NCBI GenBank assembly: GCA_963783385.1
Contig: CAWANJ010000001.1
Coordinates: 640,001-704,000 of the forward strand
Direction of reading: 5' to 3'
Source: an uncultured Gemmatimonadales bacterium
Lineage (GTDB): Bacteria > Gemmatimonadota > Gemmatimonadetes > Palauibacterales > Palauibacteraceae
DNA: 64,000 nucleotides
This document shows positions 39,346 to 51,903 of this stretch, in pieces (the first letter of the stretch is position 1; each line of letters begins with the position of its first letter). The notes beneath the pieces were generated by a model. That model was not told the origin of the DNA. It did no database searches and was given only the letters and a program-made list of their open reading frames with translations. Both the position numbers and the translations under genes were made by a program.

Positions 39346-40059
39346 CTAGTCGGCCGGATCTTCCCCTATCGCCTCGCCGCCGGCTTCGCCCGCCTCGGCC
39401 GCGCCCTCGCCCGCCGCCGCCGCGCCCTCGCCGCCGGCCTCGCCAGCCTCGGCCTCGCCAGCCTCGGCCTCGCCCGCGTCATTGACGCCCATGCGGCGCT
39501 TGAGCTCCTCGAGCAGGGCGTCGGCGTGCCGCTGACGCTCGGCCGCCTCGACCTTCGGGGGGAGATCGGCGCCGCCTGCCGGACCGCCGCCGAGGTCGTC
39601 GTCCAGCTCCCGCTCGGCCCGCGTGAGGCGCTCGGCATCCTCGACCTTCTCGGCGAGCCGGTCGAAAGTGCGGGACGGGCCCGACATGCCCTCGCGCAGA
39701 TCCTCGGACGTGCGCGCCGTGCGGCTCCGGATGGCCAGGGCGTCGCGCTGGCCGACCGCGTCGCGAAACTGGCGGGTGAGCTCGGCCGCCTCCGCCCGGG
39801 TCTCGACCAGGACAGACTTCGCGCCCTCGAGCTTGTGGCGGAGGGTCTCGGCGGCCTCGGAGTTCGCCGGGACGCGCTCCAGTTTGCGCTCCAAGGCCCG
39901 AACCTCGTCCTCGAGGCCCTTCACCCGAGCGCGCGCGTCGATGAGCTCCTCGCGCATGCCGGCCAGGATCCGGTCAATGTCGTCCTCGCCGGGGCCGGGC
40001 CCTCTCTTCTCGAGCGCGTCGAGCGCACGCTCCAGCCGCTTCTTCATTCCCTCGAACAT
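39346..40059 (-). CDS. PspA/IM30-like coiled-coil protein with acidic EAGEA-repeat tail
   Basis: Helical heptads, MREELIDAR, FDRLAEKVE, LLEELKRRMG. Confidence 0.55.
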   Translation of the reverse strand: MFEGMKKRLERALDALEKRGPGPGEDDIDRILAGMREELIDARARVKGLEDEVRALERKLERVPANSEAAETLRHKLEGAKSVLVETRAEAAELTRQFRDAVGQRDALAIRSRTARTSEDLREGMSGPSRTFDRLAEKVEDAERLTRAERELDDDLGGGPAGGADLPPKVEAAERQRHADALLEELKRRMGVNDAGEAEAGEAEAGEAGGEGAAAAGEGAAEAGEAGGEAIGEDPAD

Positions 40060-40156
40060 GGCCCCGTCAGTGTAACGCCGACGCCGCGCATCCGTCCACC
40101 GCCGGACCGGTGCGGCGGACCACCACCGGCTCCCTCCCGGCGTCGGCCTGCGGGGA

Positions 40157-40215
40157 TTGACATAGGGGGTGGGGGTATACTAAGGTATAGCGCGTGGGAT
40201 AGGGGGGAGGGGTAC
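40157..40215 (+). promoter_or_regulatory. csoR-copA promoter with two G-tract CsoR-type operators
   Basis: TTGACA (40157-40162)-18 nt-TAAGGT; ATAGGGGGTGGGGGTAT (40162-40178) and ATAGGGGGGAGGGGTAC (40199-40215). Confidence 0.75.
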
Positions 40216-40286
40216 AGACCGCCCCCCCGCCCCTCCCGACGGAGCCGAAAGCCCTCCCGAGCCGATTCCGAGTCCCGAGGTGCGAG

Positions 40287-40670
40287 ATGAGCCCGAAGAC
40301 GGCCGACACGGTGATCCCCGGAACCCCCGAAACCCCGACTCCCTGCGCCTGCGGCTGCGGAGCGCAGGAGGACGGCGGCGGCCGCAAGGCAGACGGGGTC
40401 GACACCGCCATGAAGGAGAGCAACCTCATCCGGCTCCGCCGCATCGAGGGCCAGATCCGGGGTCTGCAGCGCATGGTCGAGGAGGAGCGCTACTGCGCCG
40501 ACATCCTCACCCAGATCTCCTCGGTGCACGAGGCGCTGAGGGGCGTCGGGCGCGAGCTCATGCGGAACCACCTGGCCTACTGCGCCACCAGCGCCATCCA
40601 GGCCGGCGGCGACGAGGCCCAGGCCATGTACGACGAGCTCGTGGATCTCATGTACAAGCACGCGCGGTGA
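40287..40670 (+). CDS. csoR: Copper-sensing repressor CsoR
   Basis: [29 protein letters not shown] (C-H-C fingerprint); directly upstream of copA. Confidence 0.92.
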   Translation: MSPKTADTVIPGTPETPTPCACGCGAQEDGGGRKADGVDTAMKESNLIRLRRIEGQIRGLQRMVEEERYCADILTQISSVHEALRGVGRELMRNHLAYCATSAIQAGGDEAQAMYDELVDLMYKHAR

Positions 40671-40689
40671 CCCTCGAGGGATAGAGCCC

Positions 40690-43089
40690 ATGGACACGAC
40701 GACGATACCACGGACGGACGAGTCGGAACACGGCACCGGCACCACGCCCCGACGCAAGCAGACGTTCCGCGTCGGCGGCATGCACTGCGCCGGCTGCAGC
40801 TCGGCGGTCGAGAAGAAGCTGAACGGCCTGGAGGGCGTGGAGGCCGCGGTGAGCCTGGCCTCCGAGACGGCCACCGTCACCTTCCCCGAGACGCTCGGCT
40901 TCGAGGGTCTCCGGAAGGTCGTCGAGGACGCGGGCTACGAGCTGGAGGCTCCCCCGGAGACGGGTGAGGACCGGGCCGTCCTCGAACGCCGCAGGCTGGA
41001 GCGGGGCCGCGAGAAGCTGGCCACGGCCCGCCGCCGCATGTGGATCGCCTGGGGCCTCACGGTCCCGGTCATGGCCTGGATGATCCCGGAGATGTTCTTC
41101 GGGGTCGCGTGGCCGACCCGGCTCGCCTTCGACCTGGGCATGGTGCTCCTCGCCCTGCCGGTTCTCGTCGGGCCCGGTCGGGATACGCTGAAGGGCGCGT
41201 GGCGCTCCGCCCGGGGGCTCGTGCCCAACATGGACGTCCTCATCGCCATGGGGAGCGGCGTGGCCGTGCTCACGGGCGTGGGAGCGATCGTCCACGACCT
41301 GGGGGCCAGCTTCCCGATCATGGACTACGCCGGAATCGGCGCCATGATCATGGCCATCCACCTCACCGGCCGCTTCGTCGAGACGAAGGCGCGCGGCCGG
41401 GCCTCCTCGGCCATCCAGAAGCTGCTGTCGCTGGAGGCCAGGTCGGCGCGCGTGGAGCGTGGCGGCTCCGAGGTCGAGGTGCCCATCGCCGAGCTCAGCG
41501 TGGGCGACGTGATGGTCGTGCGGCCGGGCGAGAAGATCCCGACCGACGGCGTGGTCGTGGACGGAGCGAGCGCCGTGGACGAGTCGCTGGCCACCGGCGA
41601 GTCCATGCCCGTCGAGAAGACGGTCGGTGACCGCGTGATCGGCGCCACCGTGAACCGGCAGGGGCTCCTCCGCGTGGAGGCGACCGGCGTGGGCGAGAAC
41701 ACGTTCCTGTCGCAGGTCGTCCGCATGGTCGAGGAGGCGCAGGGCTCGAAGGTCCCGATCCAGGAGTTCGCCGATCGCGTCACGGCCATCTTCGTCCCGA
41801 CGATCCTCGGAGTGGCGGCGGCGTCCTTCGTGGCGTGGCTCGTCTTCCCGGACTTCTTCCGGTCGATCGCGGCGTGGGCGTCGAACTTCCTCCCGTGGGT
41901 GCAGCCCGGACTGGGCACCCTGTCGCTGGCCCTGTTCGCGGCCGTCGCGGTGCTGGTCATCGCCTGCCCGTGCGCGCTCGGCCTGGCCACGCCGACCGCC
42001 CTCATGGTGGGGACCGGGGTCGGGGCGGAGAACGGCATCCTCATTCGGGACGGGGCCGCCGTTCAGGTTCTGGAGGGCGCCGACAGCGTGGCGTTCGACA
42101 AGACGGGGACCCTGACCCGCGGCCAGCCGGTGGTGACGGAGGTGCGCGCAGCCGACAACGCCGCGGCCGGTGGCCCCACGGAGGAGGCCGCCGGGACGGA
42201 GGCCCTCCGCCTGGCCGCGGCGCTGGAGCACGCCTCCGAGCACCCGCTCGGCGAGGCGGTCGTGCGCGAGGCGCGGGACCGCGGCATTGAGCTTCCGGCC
42301 GCCAGCGACTTCGAGGCCGTGACGGGCCGGGGCGTGCACGGCCGGGTCGAGGGCAGGAGGGTGCTGGTGGGGAGCGCCCGATTCATGGAGGAGTCGGGCG
42401 TGGAGCTGGGCACGCTGGCCGGGGCGGCCCGCGAACTCGAGAGCCGCGCCCACACGGTCGTGTTCGTGGCGGCCGGCGGCAGCGACGGAGCGGCCGCGCC
42501 GCGGGCGCTCGGCCTGCTGGCCATCGCCGACCCGATCAAGGAGACGTCCGCCGCCGCGGTGGCCGAGCTCCGGGAGCTGGGACTGGAGCCGATCATGCTC
42601 ACCGGCGACAACGAGCGCACCGCAGCGGCCGTCGCCGAGGCGGTGGGGATCACCCGGTTCCACGCCGGGCTCCTGCCAGACCAGAAGGTCGAGCTCCTGC
42701 GGCAGCTCCAGGACGAGGGACGCACGGTGGTCATGGTGGGGGACGGGATCAACGACGCGCCGTCCTTGAAGCAGGCCAACGTGGGGCTCGCCCTGGGCAC
42801 CGGCACCGACATCGCCATCGAGGCGGCGGACATCACGCTGGTGCAGGGGGACCTGTCGGCGGTCGTGCGGGCAGTCCGGCTGGCGCGGGCCACCTTCCGG
42901 AAGATCCGGCAGAACCTGTTCTGGGCGTATTTTTACAACACCATCGCCATCCCGGTGGCGTTCCTCGGGCTCCTGCACCCGCTGATCGCCGAGGCCGCCA
43001 TGGCCATGAGCTCGATCAACGTGGTGGCCAACGCCAATCGGCTGCGGAAGGCGGACATCTCGCCGCGGCTCGGGCGGGCGCGGGACTGA
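40690..43089 (+). CDS. copA: Cu(I)-translocating P1B-1 ATPase
   Basis: GMHCAGC, TGES, CPC, DKTGT, SEHPL, GDGIND, YN, MAMSS. Confidence 0.95.
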   Translation: MDTTTIPRTDESEHGTGTTPRRKQTFRVGGMHCAGCSSAVEKKLNGLEGVEAAVSLASETATVTFPETLGFEGLRKVVEDAGYELEAPPETGEDRAVLERRRLERGREKLATARRRMWIAWGLTVPVMAWMIPEMFFGVAWPTRLAFDLGMVLLALPVLVGPGRDTLKGAWRSARGLVPNMDVLIAMGSGVAVLTGVGAIVHDLGASFPIMDYAGIGAMIMAIHLTGRFVETKARGRASSAIQKLLSLEARSARVERGGSEVEVPIAELSVGDVMVVRPGEKIPTDGVVVDGASAVDESLATGESMPVEKTVGDRVIGATVNRQGLLRVEATGVGENTFLSQVVRMVEEAQGSKVPIQEFADRVTAIFVPTILGVAAASFVAWLVFPDFFRSIAAWASNFLPWVQPGLGTLSLALFAAVAVLVIACPCALGLATPTALMVGTGVGAENGILIRDGAAVQVLEGADSVAFDKTGTLTRGQPVVTEVRAADNAAAGGPTEEAAGTEALRLAAALEHASEHPLGEAVVREARDRGIELPAASDFEAVTGRGVHGRVEGRRVLVGSARFMEESGVELGTLAGAARELESRAHTVVFVAAGGSDGAAAPRALGLLAIADPIKETSAAAVAELRELGLEPIMLTGDNERTAAAVAEAVGITRFHAGLLPDQKVELLRQLQDEGRTVVMVGDGINDAPSLKQANVGLALGTGTDIAIEAADITLVQGDLSAVVRAVRLARATFRKIRQNLFWAYFYNTIAIPVAFLGLLHPLIAEAAMAMSSINVVANANRLRKADISPRLGRARD

Positions 43090-43141
43090 ACGCCGGTTCG
43101 GCTCGCGCGGGCCGCGACGAGCGGGCCCGCGCCGGCCGGAC

Positions 43142-43945
43142 TCACGTCCCGGTGGAGTCCGCCTTCTCCAGCAGATCCCGGTGCGCCTGGTAGTCCGGGC
43201 GCGAATCCAGGTTCGTCTCCTTGAACGCCGCCCTGTAGCGCTTCATGAAGCTGTCGGCCTTGCCGGTCTGCCCCCCGGCGCGCGCCGCGCGCGAGGCGAG
43301 CAGGAGCCCGAGGAGGTCGTTCGGAGCGCTGGCCAGGATCGTGTCGGCCTCGGCCGCGGCGCCGGGCGGGTTGCTGGCCGCCAGCTGCAGAAGCCCCACG
43401 TGGAAGCGCACGTCGGCGTCCACGTTCTCGGGCGCCACCCGCTGGTAGGCCTCGACCCCCATGTTGGCGAAGAAGGAGGCGCGCGGCGCTCCCTGCTGCT
43501 CCATCTCCATCGCACGGTTGAACAGCCGGTCGGCCGCCTCCTTGGGCGGCATGTTCGCCAGCTCCTGGGCCGTGGGCATCGAGCCGCCCTCGCCGCCGCC
43601 CCCGGCCATGGGGGCACCGCCGGCCGCGTCCTGGGACGGCGTGATCACGCCGCCGGTGATCGTCCCGTCGGCGCTACGGGGCGAGTTGTTGCGCTGCACG
43701 AGGAGGACGATGCCGACCGCGAACACCGCCAGGGCCAGGGCGGAGAGGATCCACGGGATGTAGGCGCCCAGCCCCTTCCGGGGCCGGTCGGCCACGGGCG
43801 CTCCGCACTCGCCGCAGAACAGGTCTCCGGCCCGGACGCCGGCTCCGCAATTGGGGCAGAACTGGTCCCCGCCCCGCGGCAGGGGCGTCCCGCAGCGGCC
43901 GCAGAAGTTGCCCTCACCGTCGGCACCGCAGCGCGGGCACTTCAC
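43142..43945 (-). CDS. Double zinc-ribbon membrane protein with TPR-like C-terminal domain
   Basis: Four CxxCG motifs, one TM, Gly-rich linker, helical domain ADRLFNRAM...DLLGLLL. Confidence 0.75.
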   Translation of the reverse strand: MKCPRCGADGEGNFCGRCGTPLPRGGDQFCPNCGAGVRAGDLFCGECGAPVADRPRKGLGAYIPWILSALALAVFAVGIVLLVQRNNSPRSADGTITGGVITPSQDAAGGAPMAGGGGEGGSMPTAQELANMPPKEAADRLFNRAMEMEQQGAPRASFFANMGVEAYQRVAPENVDADVRFHVGLLQLAASNPPGAAAEADTILASAPNDLLGLLLASRAARAGGQTGKADSFMKRYRAAFKETNLDSRPDYQAHRDLLEKADSTGT

Positions 43946-44041
43946 GGCCGCCTCCCGCTCACCTTGCCGGCGAGCCCACGGGCGGCCATATCATGCACCC
44001 GTGGCCGAGGGAGGCCGGGATCCGAGGAGAGGGAGAAGGGA

Positions 44042-44389
44042 ATGAAATCGCGGTTCATTGGCATAGCCATTGGTGTGTGGTACATCGTCGCCCCGTTCGC
44101 ATGGCGCTACTCGCCCGATCACCACCTCAACTGGTGGCTCGACATCGTCCTGGGTGCGGCCGTGCTCGTGCTCTCGAGCTCCTTCCTGGTCGGCTGGAGC
44201 CGGATCGCGGCATGGCTCATGATCTTCATCGGCGCCTTCAGCATGTTCTCGCCGTTCATCTTCGGCTACCTGATGTGGTCCGATCCGTACTGGAACGACC
44301 TCGTGTTCGGCATCCTGACCGTGGGGACCGGCGTCGCCCTGGCGGGAGCGAGCATCGAGTACGGCGGTCGGACCGGCCACGCGGCCTGA
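44042..44389 (+). CDS. SPW-repeat-like small membrane protein
   Basis: Two repeats GVWYIVAPF and GAFSMFSPFIFGY...WND; GGAG RBS. Confidence 0.7.
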   Translation: MKSRFIGIAIGVWYIVAPFAWRYSPDHHLNWWLDIVLGAAVLVLSSSFLVGWSRIAAWLMIFIGAFSMFSPFIFGYLMWSDPYWNDLVFGILTVGTGVALAGASIEYGGRTGHAA

Positions 44390-44397
44390 CGGGCGCT

Positions 44398-45603
44398 TCA
44401 GGCGCCATACTTGGCCAGGCGGCCCGCCCGGGCCAGGGCGAGGGGCAGCAGGTGCCGCGCACGGATCCGGCCGTACACCCCTCCGGCACACGCCGTCTCG
44501 CCGAAGTGGCGCGCGGACTCCGCCCGGCCTGGACCGCCCCACACGAGGAAGGGAACCGGCTGCGAGCCGTGACGCTCCAGCCGCGCCGGCGTGGAGTGGT
44601 CGCCGGTGACCACCACGACGCCGGGCTCCGCGTCCAGCAGACGAGGCAGCGCGGCGTCCACTTCCTCGATGACGGCGACCTTGCGGTCGAAGTCTCCGTC
44701 CTCGCCGGCCTTGTCCGTTCCCTTGACGTGGAGGAAGAGGAAGTCGTGCGCATCCCGGTTCGCCACGTAGGCGTCGACGAGGGCGTCCATGCCCTCCTCG
44801 ATGGCCGCCGCCTCCATGCCCACCAGTCGGGCCACGCCCCGGTACATCGGGTAGGCGGCGGCCGCGTAGGCACGCATCCGCGTGACGTCGGGGAAGCGGG
44901 GCCAGTGCGGCAGCGAGGCGAATCCGCGCAGCAGGACGGCGTTGGCGGGGTTCTCGCCCGACAGGGCTTCCCCGGCGGCCTCCAGCCACGCCTTCACGAC
45001 GCCGGCCGCCCGCTTCGAGGCCTCGGTCCGCGCCTCGGGATCGCCCGCAGGCACGCCCTCCCGGCCGGGATCGGTGTCCTCGAGGTCCGCCTCGAGTCGC
45101 TCCGAGAAGCGGAGGACGAGCAGGAAGCGGTGCTCCTTGACGGGCCGCACGAAGACGCGGGCGCCCTCGACCTGGATCCCGTCGAGCTTCTCGCACAGCG
45201 GCCGCGCCGCCTCGCTGGATATGCGACCGGCGCGCCGGTCGGTGACGCGGCCATCCTCGTCCACGGTGGCGAAGTTGCCGCGGGCCGCCACGTCGCCCGG
45301 CTGCAGATCGAATTCCACGCCCAGCGCCTCGAGCACGCCGCGGCCGATCCGGTAGCGGAGGGGGTCGTAGCCGAACAGCCCCAGGTGTCCGGGACCGCTC
45401 CCCGGCGCGATCCCGGGGGCCACCGGGTCGTGGAGGCCGCCGCCGCCCTCCCGGAGCATGCGGTCCAGGTTGGGGGTGCTGGCCGTCTCCAGCTCGGTCT
45501 TGCCGCCCGCTTCCATGGGCAGGCCGCCGAGCCCATCCATGACCAGGAGGAGGATCTTCGTCTCGGAGGGCTGCGCCAGCTCCGCCAGGTCCCGCAGTTC
45601 CAT
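44398..45603 (-). CDS. apgM: 2,3-BPG-independent phosphoglycerate mutase (ApgM type)
   Basis: MDGLGG, TPNLD, PGSGPGHL, GRGVLEALG, DRRAGRI, HVKGTDKAGEDG, TGDHSTP. Confidence 0.9.
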   Translation of the reverse strand: MELRDLAELAQPSETKILLLVMDGLGGLPMEAGGKTELETASTPNLDRMLREGGGGLHDPVAPGIAPGSGPGHLGLFGYDPLRYRIGRGVLEALGVEFDLQPGDVAARGNFATVDEDGRVTDRRAGRISSEAARPLCEKLDGIQVEGARVFVRPVKEHRFLLVLRFSERLEADLEDTDPGREGVPAGDPEARTEASKRAAGVVKAWLEAAGEALSGENPANAVLLRGFASLPHWPRFPDVTRMRAYAAAAYPMYRGVARLVGMEAAAIEEGMDALVDAYVANRDAHDFLFLHVKGTDKAGEDGDFDRKVAVIEEVDAALPRLLDAEPGVVVVTGDHSTPARLERHGSQPVPFLVWGGPGRAESARHFGETACAGGVYGRIRARHLLPLALARAGRLAKYGA

Positions 45604-45703
45604 CGCTCTCCCCGTCCGGGTGATCGTCGCCCCGGTCCGCGACCCCGCGGCCAGAGCGCGTGCAAACTAGTCGCAACGACGGTGCCGGCCAACTCGGCGC
45701 CGC

Positions 45704-46501
45704 GTGACGCACGCAGAGGCAGGGTGCGGCGAGACAGGGTTGCGCGTGGCCGCTGACCCGGCCCTCCGCCTGCAGGGCGTCGGCAAGCGCTTCGGGCGCA
45801 CGTGGGCCCTGCGCTCCGTGGACCTGGAGGTCCAGCCGGGCCAGCTGGTGGCCCTCATCGGCCCCAACGGCGCCGGGAAGACCACCCTGCTCAAGGCGGT
45901 GGGCGGGCTGCACCGGGCTACGACCGGCACGACCGAGGTGTTGGGCTTCACGCTGCCCGAGGACGAGGACCTGGTGCGCGTGCACAGCACCCTGCTCCCT
46001 CCGCACGGCTACCTGTACGAGCAGCTCACGGGGCTCGAGAACCTGCGCTTCGCGCGGCTCATGGCCGGCGTGCGCCCCTCGCGGCAGGAGCTCGACGCGG
46101 CGCTGGAGCGGGTGGAACTGGTCGAGGCCGGGGACGAGCGGGTGGGCGGCTATTCCTCGGGCATGAAGAAGCGCCTGGCCATCGCTCGTCTCCTCCTGCG
46201 GCCGGTCGAGCTGGTGCTCATGGACGAGCCGTACGCCAGCCTCGACGCCGGCGGCATCGACCTGGTGGACACGATCATCGGGGAGCTGCGGCGGTCGGGC
46301 GCCACCGTGCTGGTGGCGTCGCACCGCTGGGAGCGGGCCATCCGGGAGGCGGACCTCCTGGTCGTGATGGAGCGGGGCCGAATCACCTGGACGGGGACGC
46401 CCGGCGAGTGGATGGAGAGGCGGGAGGGTCCGGCGGACACGCGGCGGGGGCGTGGCGACGCCCGCGGTGCGGGCGAGGCCGACACGGGGAGGGGAGGCTG
46501 A
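45704..46501 (+). CDS. ccmA: Heme ABC exporter ATPase CcmA
   Basis: GPNGAGKTT, YSSGMKKR, LMDEPY; first gene of the ccm cluster; start may be 45746. Confidence 0.85.
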   Translation: MTHAEAGCGETGLRVAADPALRLQGVGKRFGRTWALRSVDLEVQPGQLVALIGPNGAGKTTLLKAVGGLHRATTGTTEVLGFTLPEDEDLVRVHSTLLPPHGYLYEQLTGLENLRFARLMAGVRPSRQELDAALERVELVEAGDERVGGYSSGMKKRLAIARLLLRPVELVLMDEPYASLDAGGIDLVDTIIGELRRSGATVLVASHRWERAIREADLLVVMERGRITWTGTPGEWMERREGPADTRRGRGDARGAGEADTGRGG

Positions 46502-46502
46502 C

Positions 46503-47180
46503 GTGGAGGTATGGCTGAGGACGTGGGCCATCCTTTGGAAGGACATCCTCATCGAGGTGCGGACCAAGGGCACCTTCACCGCGATGGCCTTCTTCGCCGC
46601 CCTCATCCTGTTCATCTTCAGCTTCGCGATCGGCCCCGACTTCGACCTGCTGCGACGGATCGCGGCCGGCCTGCTGTGGGTGGGCATCACCTTCACGGGC
46701 CTGCTGGCGCTGGCGCGGACCTACCACAGCGAGGAGCTGGCCGGCGGCCTGGAGGCGCTGCTCCTCTACCCGGGCGAGCCGCGCGCCATCTTCCTGGGCA
46801 AGCTGGTCGGCAACCTGGCCGTCCTCCTCCTGGTCGAGGTCATCCTGTATCCCGTGGCGGCCGTGCTCTTCCACATGGACCTGACGGGCAAGGTCCTGCC
46901 CGTGGCCGGGATCGCCTTCCTGGGCACGCTGGGGTTCTCCGTGATCGGCACCTTCTACGCGGCGCTCACCCTGCACCTGCGGGCCCGCGAGGTCATGCTC
47001 CCCCTCCTCGTGCTCCCCCTCCTGGTCCCGGTCCTGCTCGGGGCCGTGAGCGCCACGGCCGCGCTGGTGGATCCCGCGGCAGCCGGGGGCGTAGGAGGTT
47101 GGGTGAGGTTGCTGATAGCGTTCGACGTCCTGTACTTTGTGGTCTGTACCTGGACCTTCCCCGTGCTCCTGGAACGGTGA
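46503..47180 (+). CDS. ccmB: Heme exporter protein CcmB
   Basis: WKDILIEVR, GLLWV, IFLGKL, REVMLPLLVLPLLVP. Confidence 0.9.
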   Translation: MEVWLRTWAILWKDILIEVRTKGTFTAMAFFAALILFIFSFAIGPDFDLLRRIAAGLLWVGITFTGLLALARTYHSEELAGGLEALLLYPGEPRAIFLGKLVGNLAVLLLVEVILYPVAAVLFHMDLTGKVLPVAGIAFLGTLGFSVIGTFYAALTLHLRAREVMLPLLVLPLLVPVLLGAVSATAALVDPAAAGGVGGWVRLLIAFDVLYFVVCTWTFPVLLER

Positions 47181-47863
47181 CCGAACCCACCGCCTCTCCC
47201 CGTCTCAAAGGCTGGCATCGCCTCCTGGCCTTCCTGGCCGTCGCCACGACCGTGGTCGGCAGCCTGATCGGCCTGTTCGTGGTGCCGCCGGATGCCCTGC
47301 AGGGCAACGTGCAGCGGCTCATGTACCTGCACGTCCCCGCCGCGTGGCTGGCCTTCCTGGCCTTCTTCGTGGTGTTCGTGATGGCCGTGCTCTACCTGAT
47401 CCAGCGCGACCCGCGCTGGGACATGATCGCCGCCGGCTCGGCGGAGATCGGCGTCCTGTTCACGGCCCTCACCCTGATCCTGGGCTCCCTGTGGGGGAAG
47501 CCGATCTGGGGGGTGTGGTGGACGTGGGACCCGCGGCTCACGACGACCGCGATCCTGCTGGTCATCTACGTGGGCTACCTGGCCGTCCGCTCCTTCGCGG
47601 GCGACCCGGATCGCCGGGCGCGCTGGTCGGCGGTGGTGGGCATCGTCGGATTCGCGGACGTGCCGATCGTCTACCTGTCGGTGACGTGGTGGCGTAGCCT
47701 GCACCAGCCGCCCTCGAGCCCCATGAGCATGGCACCCTCCATGCTATGGACGCTCCTGCTCAACGTGGTGGCGTTCACCCTGCTATACGGGTACCTGCTG
47801 GTTCGGAAGTACCAGGTGGCCGTCGCCGAGAGGGCCCTCGAGGACCGGGAGGCGATGCGCTGA
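47177..47863 (+). CDS. ccmC: Heme exporter protein CcmC
   Basis: YLHVPAAW, WWD motif WGKPIWGVWWTWDPRLT, WWRSLHQ. Confidence 0.93.
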   Translation: MTEPTASPRLKGWHRLLAFLAVATTVVGSLIGLFVVPPDALQGNVQRLMYLHVPAAWLAFLAFFVVFVMAVLYLIQRDPRWDMIAAGSAEIGVLFTALTLILGSLWGKPIWGVWWTWDPRLTTTAILLVIYVGYLAVRSFAGDPDRRARWSAVVGIVGFADVPIVYLSVTWWRSLHQPPSSPMSMAPSMLWTLLLNVVAFTLLYGYLLVRKYQVAVAERALEDREAMR

Positions 47864-48030
47864 TGGGGTACCTGTGGGCCGGTTACGCCCTCACCTGGGT
47901 CGCCATGGCGTGGTTCGCCTGGCGACTGGAGAGCCGGGCGCGCGACGCGGCCCGGCGCCTGAAGAAGTCACCGCGAGGCGAGGCGGATACGCCCGCCGTG
48001 CGATCGGAGAACGAAAGTGTCCGAACATAG
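47863..48030 (+). CDS. ccmD: CcmD-like small protein
   Basis: MGYLWAGYALTW, one TM, basic tail; lies between ccmC and ccmE. Confidence 0.75.
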   Translation: MGYLWAGYALTWVAMAWFAWRLESRARDAARRLKKSPRGEADTPAVRSENESVRT

Positions 48031-48501
48031 AGCCAGACGGTCGGGGAAGAAGAAGCTGTGGGCGGGCCTGGGCCTGGTGGCCGTGGTCGCCGCCCTCGCG
48101 ATGCTGATCGGGGGGGACTCAAGGACAACCTGGTCTACTTCCTGACCCCCACGGAGCTCGAGGCGCGGGGCGCGTCCGTCCACGGCGAGGCCGTCCGGCT
48201 GGGCGGCCAGGTCAAGCCGGGGAGCGTCCACTGGAACGCGGACCAACACGATCTCCGCTTCGTGGTCACCGACGGCAAGAGCCAGATCCCCGTACACAGC
48301 ACCGGCTCTCCGCCCTCCATGTTCCAGGAGGGCATTGGGGTCGTGGTGGAGGGGAAATTCGACTCGAAGGGCACCTTCCAAAGCGACAACCTGATGGTCA
48401 AGCACTCGAATGAGTACCACCCCCCCGCCAAGGGCGAGTCGCCGCGCGAGACGTTCAAGACGCTGATGCCGGGAAACGGCAACAGCGGCAGCAAGGACTG
48501 A
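48017..48501 (+). CDS. ccmE: Heme chaperone CcmE (frameshift in the G7 run at 48110-48116)
   Basis: TM anchor in one frame; NLVYFLTP, VRLGGQV, MFQEG and KHSNEY (HxxxY) in another. Confidence 0.88.
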
Positions 48502-48508
48502 GCGGGCC

Positions 48509-50527
<2,019 letters not shown>

Positions 50528-50531
<4 letters not shown>

Positions 50532-51115
50532 AGCGCTGGAAGGTCTGGCTCATGCTGGTGCTGGCCGCGGGCTTCCTCGGGCTGCTGGGCTTCGGCCTGA
50601 CCCGCGACGCCCAGGTGCTCCCCTCGGCCATCATCGGCCAGGACGCCCCCTCCTTCGACCTCGAGACGCTGACCGGCGACAGCATCAGCCTGGCCAGCCT
50701 CGAGGGACACGTCGTGATCCTGAACTTCTGGGCCTCGTGGTGCATCCCGTGCCGCGAGGAGCACCCGGTCCTCGAGATGGCCGCCGCTCGCTACAAGGAC
50801 CACGACGTTCGCATGCTCGGCGTCGTCTACCAGGACAACCGAACCAACGCCAGGCAGTTCCTGGCCCGGAACGGTGGCTCGTGGCCGAGCGTCCTGGACC
50901 CGAACAGCCAGGTGGCCATCGGCTACGGCGTGTACGGAGTGCCCGAGACCTTCTTCCTGGACCCCCACGGCCGGATCGTGAAGAAGCACGTGGGCCCCGT
51001 CCCGTGGGACTACCTGACCACGACGGTCGACTCGCTGCTGGTGGCCAACGGCAAGACGCCGGGCGGCTCCGAGATCACCGGGGCCGAGGCGCCGGCCGAG
51101 AGCGGCGCGCCGTGA
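50528..51115 (+). CDS. ccmG: Thiol:disulfide oxidoreductase CcmG/DsbE
   Basis: NFWASWCIPCREEHP, YGVYGVPETF. Confidence 0.9.
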
Positions 51116-51741
51116 GGAGGCCGATCCGCGCCCCCCGGCTCGCGGCGCTGGCCGCGGCAGGGGCCCTGCTCGCGGCCGTGGGAACGCCCCTGACGGCCCA
51201 GGCCGCGGACACGGCCGCCGCCCGCCCGGACACGGCCGCCACGGCGAGCGACGCCACGGCGGGCTTCGCCACGCCGCGCACCGCGGCGGACACCGGGGGC
51301 GGAGCCGGCCTCTCCGGAGCCGCCCTCGACGCCGAGACGGCCCAGGTGGCCGCCCAGCTCCGCTGCCCGGTGTGCCGGGGCCAGTCGGTGCTGGAGTCGA
51401 CGGCCACCCTCTCCAAGGAGATCCAGGCCGAGATCAAGCAGCGGCTGGCGTCCGGCCAGAGCCCCGAGGCGGTCAAGGCCTACTTCGTGAGCCGCTACGG
51501 GGAGTGGATCCTCCTCAAGCCCCCGACGCACGGCTTCAGCCTGCTGGTGTGGGTGCTGCCCGTGGTTCTCCTCGTCGGAGGCCTGGGCGTCGCGTGGCTG
51601 TGGATCCGGAGCCGAAGCGGAGAGGCCGACGCCGGCACGGAGGGAGACCCCACCCCGGCGGGCGGGCCGGCAGGGACGGCGCAAGCCGGGCTCTCCGACG
51701 AGGAGCGCAGCTGGCTCGACCGCGCCATGCGGAACGACTGA
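51112..51741 (+). CDS. ccmH: Cytochrome c biogenesis protein CcmH
   Basis: LRCPVC, YFVSRYGEWILLKP, C-terminal TM. Confidence 0.9.
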   Translation: MRRPIRAPRLAALAAAGALLAAVGTPLTAQAADTAAARPDTAATASDATAGFATPRTAADTGGGAGLSGAALDAETAQVAAQLRCPVCRGQSVLESTATLSKEIQAEIKQRLASGQSPEAVKAYFVSRYGEWILLKPPTHGFSLLVWVLPVVLLVGGLGVAWLWIRSRSGEADAGTEGDPTPAGGPAGTAQAGLSDEERSWLDRAMRND

Positions 51742-51903
51742 GGCAGGGCCGGAGAGGCTCTCCGCCGGGCAGGAACATCGCGGCAGACGGCCTGTATCAA
51801 GCCCGCGTCAATAGAGGCCGGGCGGTGTCGCTCCGGAGGGCATAGCCGCCCCGAGGTGCGTTTCCGTGACGGCAGAAGCCTGAACCCCAGGAGCCGGAGG
51901 CTC

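Noticed and set aside
39370-39478. Short tandem repeats as a CRISPR array or VNTR
   Set aside because: In-frame low-complexity EAGEA coding tail with no unique spacers and no cas genes.
48110-48116. G7 tract in ccmE as a phase-variation switch
   Set aside because: The tract is short and similar indels occur in essential genes throughout the window; error is more parsimonious.
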